33,559 nt of DNA, taken from contig JAUCBJ010008454.1 in the NCBI GenBank assembly GCA_032718475.1, positions 1 to 33,559 of the forward strand, in the 5' to 3' direction. The translations under genes were made by a program, and so were the position numbers. The first letter of the stretch is position 1; each line of letters begins with the position of its first letter. The notes under the pieces were generated by a model that had not been told where the DNA came from, ran no database searches, and saw only the letters and a program-made list of their open reading frames with translations. Source of the DNA: Nemertoderma westbladi. Lineage: Eukaryota; Animalia; Xenacoelomorpha. Positions 1 through 9,147 of the stretch are shown here, one piece after another.

Positions 1-189
1 TCTTGATGTAACTACGTTGTCAGATAGAGCATGCTGATTTCTTTTGATTAGCATTGTACCGCAGTACGGTACCACACTATTAATGTAACAGCACCCGCAG
101 TAACAAACTAAGTCATTGTATACAATATCATGAGCCGGATATAATCAGATGTGTACACAGTCATGGGATGCGGTCAACCACGCAGTCAG

Positions 190-367
190 AGCAGCATCGC
201 TGCCAGCCTCGCATCCAGCCAGCCTCGCAGCCAGCCTCGCGGCACGTAGCAACCTCGCAGCCAGCCAGCCTCGCAGCCAGCCTCGCGGCGCGCAGCAGCC
301 TCGCGGTCGGTCATGTAGTCAGCCTCGCGGCACGCAGCCAGCTACGTAGCTAGGCACGTAGTCAGCC
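190..367. repeat. GC-rich imperfect tandem repeat built from CAGCCTCG / GCAGCCAGCCTCGC / GGCACGTAG units
   Basis: About 9 copies of a CAGCCTCG-type core, visible directly; a GC island in AT-rich flanks just downstream of the TBP-like gene. Confidence 0.8.
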
Positions 368-455
368 CGTGAGAGTCATGCTTATTCAAACGAGGTTAGT
401 TTTCCCTAACTACCGATTGATTGATTGAAAAATAATAATGTTTAATTTTCACCTT

Positions 456-1001
456 CTAATCACCAACACCTAAAGTCACAACACCAAACATTAATAAATA
501 ATTAACAAGTTTACTAAATATAGGGTAATAAATGTGAAATTTGCTAGGTGAACACATTAAAGTACATTTACCAGTATGAAAGCAACAAATGACTACGGTA
601 TTATTTATTCTTATTTTGCAATTATTAAAAATTTCAGGTTCATATATAACTTGAAGTTGCACATTATCAAAGACAACATAAAACCCGGTATTGTTTATCA
701 ATAACCTATAGACTACAGACTTGATACTAAAAATATAAGTACATAAATTAACAGATTTTAAAATCAAATTAATACTAGTTTTATCAAATATATGTTTTTT
801 TACTTTTTGGAAATTATACTTACTGCCTAATAATGTAATACGACCATTTTTAAATATTAATAATGTGGCACCAAATATCTTATATATAAACTGATTTGGT
901 TTGAGTATGTGTTTACCAGATAATTGATTTTTTAATTCTTTCAAATTAATCGCTGACACTTGCTGACAACTTACATTCTTATTGACTATCTGATAGTTCA
1001 T
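456..1001 (-). CDS. Divergent TATA-binding protein (TBP)-like protein, core domain only, probably element-encoded
   Basis: 181 aa, the size of the TBP core, with two-repeat architecture. YQIVNKNVS resembles LQNIVST; ATLLIFKNGRITLLGSK resembles TALIFSSGKMVCTGAK; YEPEIFN resembles YEPELFP; ICCFHTGKCTL resembles LIFVSGKVVL. Intronless, ATG at 1001-999, overlaps the PolB 3' end by 23 nt, ATTAAA polyA-like signal at 446-441. Confidence 0.8.
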   Translation of the reverse strand: MNYQIVNKNVSCQQVSAINLKELKNQLSGKHILKPNQFIYKIFGATLLIFKNGRITLLGSKYNFQKVKKHIFDKTSINLILKSVNLCTYIFSIKSVVYRLLINNTGFYVVFDNVQLQVIYEPEIFNNCKIRINNTVVICCFHTGKCTLMCSPSKFHIYYPIFSKLVNYLLMFGVVTLGVGD

Positions 1002-4000
1002 TGTTTGGTTCCCGATAAATAGGTATATTGTTTTTCTTTATCGGTTTTTCGACCTTTGTTTGATAGTGACCCCAGGGAAGCGAATGATTTTTATTAATCC
1101 AATAAAGTTTATCGTCAAATGCGCTGAGAGCAAACTTATCACGTGCTATAGTATACACTTTGTGTAATTTGCTCTGAAATTGAATCGTTTCTTTTGAAAT
1201 TTCTAAGTTATCGTAATATGCTCTTACGTAATCTTCGTGGCAAATATTTTTATCCACGACCGATCTTGTAATACCTTTTGCTCTACGAATATTTTTATTA
1301 TTCCATTCCAAAATTGAATATAACTTTGGTCTTAAAAATACCGCTTGTTTAATTTCACGTGAGGCTAGTTCGTCTTTGCAGTAATAGAGCCTGGATTTAT
1401 TTTTATCGCTGTAGAGAGGATGATCCTTGGGGTAATTGGATGTATCTAGAATATTATTTTTAATTAAGGCTTTTAAGAAATTACTCTGCGATGTGTTATA
1501 GTAACAGCCTATCAATGAGTCAGTGTCTGATGCTACAATTTCAATTCGGCAGTTTAATTCTTTCTCAATAGGTAGCAATTTATCGTAATACAACTCATAC
1601 ATATCCAATTTAGCCAAGTCCAAGACAGTACTACCTACATAGACCGGTTTATCGAGAGTTACAGAGTCTTTCACTAATAAATGTCCCGATAAGGAATCGT
1701 TATAAATCATGAAATTTTCGTGATTTATACGTTTGACCAACAAATCGCACTTCTCTTTACTATTCGCGATACGAAAGTTGCATCGGTCTCGTATCCTCTC
1801 TATCGTTTTTCCAAATAACGAATTATTCAAAAGCTTTGCGACAGCTGTTTCAATATACGTTTTTGCTAAACGTCTTTGATTAATATTAAAATCTATATAG
1901 TGTTTAAATACAAAGTCTTGATGGAAAGAATATAATTTATGGAGCTTAGTAACAATTAAACCTTGTTTTATATAAAATTTTAACAGTTTCAAATTTACAT
2001 GATAGAATTCTTTATCGAATTGTGTCAACATAAGTTTTGGAGCACACATCTTATACTTGCTATTAGTACCTCTTTGTTTACAAACATTGTTATATTGTTC
2101 CCTCATATATGGTGAAAGCATTGTCTCATTTATACTTAAATGTTCTGGAGCTAAGGGTAGTTCTAATGTACGATCGTGAATATCTTTGGGATATTTCAAA
2201 TCGCAAATTAAGAAAAACCCAATATCCCCTTCAGTATCAAGATTTGACAAATATTTTATTAGTTCTTCTGGAGCAGCATTCTCTAAATATGTAACGTTGA
2301 CTTGTTCAAAACCTGAAACAGGTAGCTTTTTACTTAAATTTCCCGAATACAAGGAATTAAAATCTATATTGAAAATATGACACTCTTCCTTGCTTGGATC
2401 ATAATTATCAGTATCTGGTATATTTGATTCTATGTAATGCTTTCGACAGAATGAAACCCCTCCTCTAATAGATGCTTCAAAATCTCTATATGTTTGGTAA
2501 TCTTTTATTAATGCTAACTTACATTTATTGTATTTCAGAGCGCAATCATAAGTGAAAGCTGCGATACTGCAATAATAAACTACTTCTAATTCGTAGTTTT
2601 GTCTACATACTCTCCTAAAGTTCTCAAATATATCAGCGAGGAGACAAACATTGAGTTTTAAGTATGCTAAAAGATAATCCTTGAGATTCGAACAGTCAAA
2701 CTGACTCCATGATGCGTTGGCGAAACTATATTCCTCGGGTGTACAGGTATTTTGTGTTAATTTACTATAAAATTTGTCTATTGATGGTAATTTCGAATCA
2801 TTGAATTTATTTAAATCTGTCAGGTACTCGTAGGGAAATATACCTTTTCGTTTAATTGTTGCATTATTTAAATTTGGATAAAAATATTTCATTTGCTGTT
2901 CAGTAATTGGTAGAACTGATGTTATATCCTCGCTGTCTATATCCTTTGTTGAACAATCAACTAAAGTACTTAGGGAAAAGGATAAAAATTGATATGTGTC
3001 TAAGACACGTAGCTCAAGCTTTGTTTTTGAGTCTTTCACCGGTATATGCATGCTTAGTGAAATATACCTTTCAGAATTTTTAGGGATCACCTTTATATCC
3101 CAATCGGAATATTTATTGTTGGTAAAACCAACTTGCAAAAGAAAATGCAAATCGTAGTGATTGCTGTTGTGTGCAGCGAGTATATACATGTGTCATTTCA
3201 ACGATAAAGAGCGGTTACACGCGTTACAAGCGGCTGCTATATAGTTACCAGTAATATGTGAGTGATGTTTGTTTTTCTCAGACTTATCCTTAAATAAAAC
3301 ATTGCAATAAAAGCAAGTTTTAGCTTTCCAAAAACTTAACTTATCTGCATCATTAAGTATCATTCTCTCTCTTGTGTGGTCTTCCGACCACTTATATAAT
3401 TGGGTGATGTCATTATATACAGAGTCTAAAAAGTCTTGAATACAGTTGTTGTCGATTGTTTTTGTAAAGGTCTTCAAATAAAATTTTGGTGGATTGATTA
3501 ATTCGGCACTAGGAACAATTAAATAACTTACAGCGCAAGGAATATGATTCTGAATAAATTTACTGTTGGTGGCTGGCTCCAAAATAGATACTATGTCAAA
3601 ATATATTACAAACAATGCTGGTAATGTTCTGTCTAAATTTCTAAAGCTAATGTGAGTTCTTTTTTCAGATGGTAGCTTCTCAACTTGACTTTTTCCTCGA
3701 TAACAAACAAGACGGTGACGTTCTAGAACATCATTGGTGTAGAAAGGTGCCAAACACCGTTCACAATATTTCCTACATCCAATATGCTTACCTCTTGTAT
3801 TCATCAAACGATTCAAGTTAGTTATGCAAACATAATGTGATTGTTTACTCGTATTCTTATTTTTTACAAGTAATATATTCAATAACTCTTTATCTGGTGT
3901 GATTTTACTAAATGGTGCCTGTCTTAATATAGATACTCGATTGTTGTTGTAGAGTAATAAATTAATTATATATGCTGAATTCTGTTTTTCAAAAAGTTTA

Positions 4001-5004
4001 ATTGCAAGCTGCCATTCTGTTGGATAATCTTTGTTCCCGTTGTCAAAAATGAAATGACTCATATAATTTTTGTATGACGAAGTACGATATTTGTGATCTT
4101 TCACTTTGCTACTAAATTTTGTAGCTATAATTGCCCATTTGAAACAGTCATTATCACCCGTTTGTATATTTATTGTACAATTTTTACCTGATAGAGCCTT
4201 AGGTAACTCCATATAACCATGTCCTTTATATAGTAACGACCTACACTTGGATTCAGCTACTTTAATTTCAACCCTTAATAAAGATTTAACACGCCACCCT
4301 GAGCCACGAGTGTTAAACATGGCTATTTTTTGCATTAATTTTTCTAATACATACTCAAACCATGTGTCAAAACTTTCATGTGAATCTACGGTATTAACTG
4401 CACCACCTGAAGAACTAAAATAGAAAGCTTCTTCTTGATCACCCTCTGAAAAATGTGATCGATACATGAGTATATTCACACCTAGCCAGGGTCTAAGTAC
4501 ATTCATTTCGCTAAGTTTTCCTAATAATAAAGTTTGGATGTGAGGTAGAATTTTAATTAATGATGAATGAATATCAGGAAAATCTTCATCATCTGGAAGA
4601 TTGTAAACATAGATTTCTAAATGGTTATCGTGTGCGGCTCGTTCGATGTTAAAAATTGATGAACCTTGACCAGATTTCAGTCTTTTTCTAGATACCATAG
4701 TATTGTTTTGGTTCCGTTGTGGTGGTGGTGGTCTAACATGATAATAACGTTGGTGACAGTCGTGACGTAAGTAATTCTCATATAAATACTCTTTATTACA
4801 AGTAGGGCAAGTTTTTTCATACACGCAAAACTTCATTTCTTTACATCCCGTAGTCGATTCATGTCGTTTACATATTTCTTCACGTGAACATTTCACACGA
4901 CAATTAAAACAATTGTATTCTTCAAAATGAGATTTCACATGTGTTAAATAATTTCGTTTAGAAATTTGAAGAGGACAAAATGGACATTTCAATTGTTTAT
5001 CCAT
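979..5004 (-). pseudogene. Protein-primed family B DNA polymerase (Polinton/Maverick/adintovirus type), about 1340 codons, interrupted by one in-frame TGA at 3195-3193
   Basis: ORFs 3193-5004 and 979-3189 are in the same frame (AAA TGA CAC ATG). Motifs: N-terminal zinc fingers, GSGW, DNDCFKWAI, HYVCITNLNRL, CERCL, ExoI-like FVIYFDIVS, EndoVII-like CFYC..HHSH..CNACN, ExoII HNSNHYD, RKGIFPYEY, IRGG, motif A DFNSLY, motif B KLLNNSLFGK, motif C SDTDS, PKLYS, AKGI. Confidence 0.93.
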
Positions 5005-5339
5005 CTCTTTATTATCCTAAAAACAATTTAAAATTAATATGAATATTGTTATATATATATAATCAAAAAAAATTCATAAGCTACTCAACACAAATAAAAT
5101 ATAATATCTAAACTTTAATTAATTTAATATTTTCAGAATGAGATCGATTGAATCAGTTGAGTTCTTTATATATATATATATTTCAAGTTTCTACTTATAC
5201 CAACCAATCATAAATAACAGTTACATTGGAAACTAATATCATAAATAAAGTTGCTTTTACAACTGAATTCTTTATAATAAAATCAAGTCTAAACCAAGAT
5301 GTGTCTAATGCGTTTTTAATTTTCATTGATAAAGTAGGT

Positions 5340-5470
5340 TTTACATGCAAATGTTTTATTATGGTGGTGTAAACTCACGCATTTACATGCGAATGTTTTA
5401 TACCTAATCCCGTGCTCACATTAAACTATCACCAATATTTACTCAATAAAGTCACCTTTACATGCAAATA
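5340..5470. promoter_or_regulatory. Three direct repeats TTTACATGC(A/G)AAT containing octamer (POU-factor) motifs upstream of PolB
   Basis: ATGCAAAT at 5345-5352 and 5462-5469, ATGCGAAT at 5387-5394, each preceded by TTTAC. Regulatory function is inferred. Confidence 0.45.
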
Positions 5471-5557
5471 CTTTATAATAATCACGCTTTGTGATAAAAA
5501 GTTACCTTTACAAGTCAGTGTGAAACTGAAAAAGAAAAGTCTCTAGTTAATAATAAA

Positions 5558-6604
5558 TCAATCTGATACTGTTTTTATATGTTCCTTATTGTAATCTGCT
5601 ACCTCTTCACTTGCTTTTGTAACTTTTATTTTCTTTGTAGGTATAGAATCATTGTTGGGAATGGAAGATGATTGAGATGTAGATCTGCGCTTTCTATCAC
5701 TCGAGGTCTCTTCGATGTATGTCTTTGGATTAAATGTGGATGAAACTACTTCTGGAAATGACTTATTATCCTTAAACTTCCAAGTTGGTGGATATAGAAT
5801 CACGAAACCGTCTGCTATATCAGTTGATGAAACCTTTAACATCATATCATAGAGAAACTCTATATGAGGTATGTCTTTATCGTAATGTAACTGTAAATAT
5901 TTGCTTTCCTTGTCTGTAATAATTACTTTTTTTTCTTGTACATTTATTTTTACTTTAAGTCGGTCAGATAAAGCTACTTTATCGTCCGTATCTAGCTCTG
6001 AAAAGACACCTTCGTTACTAATTTCATAATTCCATTCATACCACAATGAATTTACTTCCGATGCTGTTAAGTTAAACCCATTATAATACCTAAGACCAAT
6101 AGCATCAGAATATCTAGCTGAAATCTCCCATAGTCCCATATAAGTCGCTCCTTTATATTTGCTTACAAAACCAACAAAAGATGGGTTGGTTAAATTAACA
6201 ACATAACACTGATTTATTATTTCGAGTGGTGGTGATAACAATTCTAATATTTCTGTCTTACTCTGAAGTAATAAATTAATGAGTGATTTGTTTAGAATTT
6301 GACATTTGCCTTGCTTCTGAATATATACGTTTTCAGTAATAACACAGGTGGAAATATTTAACTTTCCTCTTGTAAATTCTATATTAGGATAAATATTACC
6401 TCTTGAAACTGGTGATTCCTTTTGTCGGTTGAATAATATTTCTAAGACGTCTAGAAGGTAGAGTGTATCCTGGTAAGAGAAGCACGTTGTTACATTGCTA
6501 TCGCTTGAGAGTAATATAAAGTACTTGCCATAAACAATACTACAGGTATATTTATTAAATGTAAATTTCCAAGTATTGCTTGAAGTTTTTTTAAATAAAT
6601 CCAT
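5558..6604 (-). CDS. PC4/Sub1-like ssDNA-binding protein, possibly several degenerate PC4-fold repeats, with basic NLS-like tail
   Basis: 348-aa intronless ORF. FVSKYKGATYMGLWE...GFNLTASEVNSL resembles the PC4 consensus VSVRDFKGKVLIDIRE...GISLNPEQWSQL. RKRR and PTKKIK lie in a Ser-rich C-terminus. Confidence 0.6.
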   Translation of the reverse strand: MDLFKKTSSNTWKFTFNKYTCSIVYGKYFILLSSDSNVTTCFSYQDTLYLLDVLEILFNRQKESPVSRGNIYPNIEFTRGKLNISTCVITENVYIQKQGKCQILNKSLINLLLQSKTEILELLSPPLEIINQCYVVNLTNPSFVGFVSKYKGATYMGLWEISARYSDAIGLRYYNGFNLTASEVNSLWYEWNYEISNEGVFSELDTDDKVALSDRLKVKINVQEKKVIITDKESKYLQLHYDKDIPHIEFLYDMMLKVSSTDIADGFVILYPPTWKFKDNKSFPEVVSSTFNPKTYIEETSSDRKRRSTSQSSSIPNNDSIPTKKIKVTKASEEVADYNKEHIKTVSD

Positions 6605-6727
6605 AATTAGAATGAAAACTATTTTGAAAAATAAAAACTAAATAAATGATTATTAGATTGTAAAACTTCGGTTTATATGGTTGCTTTAATAAAACAGAGT
6701 GACTTACAGTGAGGAATATAGTAGATT

Positions 6728-6817
6728 CGTGTAACAGATGCAACGTGTACAGCTAAATTTATTACATTAGCGTGAGTTAGAGAGTGAAATAGCAGTAACG
6801 TGTAACAGATGCAACGT
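6728..6817. repeat. Perfect 19-bp direct repeat CGTGTAACAGATGCAACGT (6728-6746 and 6799-6817) upstream of the PC4-like gene
   Basis: Identical copies seen directly; each contains the E-box CAGATG. Confidence 0.75.
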
Positions 6818-7155
6818 AATCAATGCTAGCCCTGTCATTCTAACTTATATTCAACTTAGTTGATCGACCAGTTACAACGATAAAAGAAATTGATTATTAT
6901 TAATAGTCGAATTAATGTATTCTACGCTATAGTAATTATGTTAAGGAACTAGAAGCTATTTATAAACATCTGCTACCGGTGATGAAGATGAAGAATTCAA
7001 TGACTATGGTATAACTCAGATATTTATCGCCTTTTTCTCTCGAGGTTGGATGGAAGAGTGATTGGTGAGTTGTGAGGAGTTATATCGGTCCCGGGTTCGA
7101 ATCCGGTTGAATATTTTGTTATCTGAAAAATTGCAAAATTAAATTTAGTTACTGG

Positions 7156-7510
7156 TGAAAAATAGTAGAAGTTACCTGTAGACACCTCTAGCATCTGTAA
7201 GATAAAGGTTGGTGAATATGAAAAATACTGGTTGCTGAAAAATTGCGATTTGAAAAATAGTAGAAGTTACCTGTAGACACCTCTAGCGTCTGTAAAATAA
7301 AGGTTGGTAAATATGAAAAATACTGGTTGCTGAAAAATTGCGATTTGAAAAATAGTAGAAGTTACCTGTAGACACCTCTAGCGTCTGTAAAATAACGGTT
7401 GGTGAATATGAAAAATACTGGTTGGTGAAAAATTGCGATTTGAAAAATAGTAGACGTTACCCGATGCTAAGTGTAGACACTCGAACACCTGTAAAATAAA
7501 GGTTGGTGAT
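7156..7510 (-). repeat. 95-bp tandem repeat (units start at 7156, 7251, 7346, 7441), each carrying minus-strand acceptor/micro-exon/donor signals
   Basis: Three near-identical units plus a diverged fourth. The minus strand reads cctttattttacag|ACGCTAGAGGTGTCTACAG|gtaact. Confidence 0.85.
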
Positions 7511-7740
7511 TGGATGCAGTACTAGCGTCGGGGGACTAATAACGCCTCTAGCGGAATAAGCGGGAACTTGAGAATTTACCATGGTTACGGATGAAATGCT
7601 GTCATCTGATTGGTTGAAATAATAACGACCACCGCTAAAGGATGAAATGGTGGCTTCTGATTGGTTGCAGTACCAGAAATGGATGGTAATGATGGGCTAC
7701 GGGTGACCTTGGCCGGGGGTCATAGTATATTATACTACTT
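7505..7740. promoter_or_regulatory. Putative divergent promoter with repeated CCAAT boxes and a palindromic TATA-like element
   Basis: ATTGG at 7509, 7609 and 7660; duplicated GGATGAAATG..TCTGATTGGTTG block at 7589 and 7640; TAGTATA-T-TATACTA palindrome at 7723-7737. Lies between oppositely oriented genes. Confidence 0.5.
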
Positions 7741-7763
7741 ATACTCTACCTTTACAAGCACTT

Positions 7764-9147
7764 GTGGATAGCTTGATACGCGGTGAAGCCGATCCAACCA
7801 TTACGGAGGACGATGGTCGTTATATCGAACCGCCGATGTCCCAAGAGCAACTTACGCGTGAATTGGACTATCGAAAATTCACCGCTCGCGATACGCATCG
7901 TAATGGTACGTATATGGACTTCCTAACTACCGGCCATCCTATCGATTTACATGATACGGACGATGTAGACACCGAAAGGGAAATGGTTCTATTTAAATAT
8001 CATACCCAGCGGAGTCGTAACGATAAACCTAAAATAGATCACGAAAATTATATTCGTAACAGACTGGGAAGACGAACCAATATGCCTAGAATCTGAGGAG
8101 ATTCAGCCTATCGCGCCCGGAACAGCGACAACGATTACATCCTAGAATGGTATCAAGGTCCACAGTGTCTCACTGCGTACGATTATCGCCATGCCAACTA
8201 TGTTTCTCGGCAACGTTGTCGGTTATGCGCATCGAGAGACCATGTTACGCCCATGGACACAAACGTCCGCTGTTCCTATTTCCACGAACAACCGGCGAGG
8301 GAAATTTATTGCGCGTATTGCAGACTCAATAACTTGCACATTTTTGCGGTTTGCCCTCAATTTATGACTCAATGGCACCATTGTCAACTAAAGGGACGCG
8401 CCAGTTTCGATTGCCCTTTTTAATCACGATTTGGAAAGCTTAGATGAAATGATCACACTACGTTACATCAGAGCTTGGGAAGCGAACGCTGATTTACATT
8501 GTGATTCGCGCCATCGTTATTATCCTGGACGCGCTTACGAAGGAGTTTATGCGTTCCATCCTTATCTATTCGCTTCTGTCGAACAGAAATCACACATATC
8601 GAGTTACGAACTACTGAAGCGCGTCGGAGAATGTATTTCAACCAAGTTCGTACGTAAATTTCTCAGGAGTGTTAATCCTAGCGACCTTCATTCCTATAAC
8701 TTAATCAATTACATCCGTCAGGATCCGGACTATGGAGACTTATTTGTTAACTCACACCCCGAGTTACAGGAAGTATATCGACGGCCTTACGAATACCGAG
8801 CCCGCGAACGCGAGTTGGAAAGAACCATTAAACCCCGGAGGTTTCTAACTGCCTATGGTCCACCCACGGCTCTCGTTCAGACCACTCGTAAAGGACCCGT
8901 AAGAGCGGCTGTCTTAAAACGAGCTCTCAAAGCCGTTAGACCCCTCTCCCCCAATGTTGATGTCAATCAACCAGGTACTTCGACTGGCGGATACACCGAC
9001 CATAATCCTACACCCTCTGATGCAATCATATTGCACCCTTCACCCAGGAGTTATAGCCCTCCTTGTAAAGTGGCTCGCCCCAAAGAGAAAAAGACTCTGG
9101 CTAGCTTTAAAAAACTGCGTAAACGCCGTCCGCGCAAGAAAGACTAA
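7764..9147 (+). pseudogene. Disrupted ~460-aa CCHC zinc-knuckle protein with a Pro/Ser-rich, basic C-terminus
   Basis: Reading through TGA 8094-8096 gives an open frame to 8423 encoding CRLCASRDH..C, CAYCRLNNLHIFAVCP and degenerate WHHCQLKGRASFDCP. Removing one T from the T5 run at 8417-8421 joins it to ORF 8431-9147, which ends KKLRKRRPRKKD. The start codon is uncertain (GTG). Confidence 0.65.

Noticed and set aside
149-353. Short ORFs 149-349 and 168-353
   Set aside because: Low-complexity translations of the GC-rich repeat.
7156-7510. CRISPR-like or purely non-functional repeat
   Set aside because: No unique spacers and a eukaryotic context; the splice-signal reading explains the unit better.
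8414-8420. -1 slippery heptamer C CCT TTT
   Set aside because: The -1 frame stops after a few codons; joining the downstream ORF needs +1.
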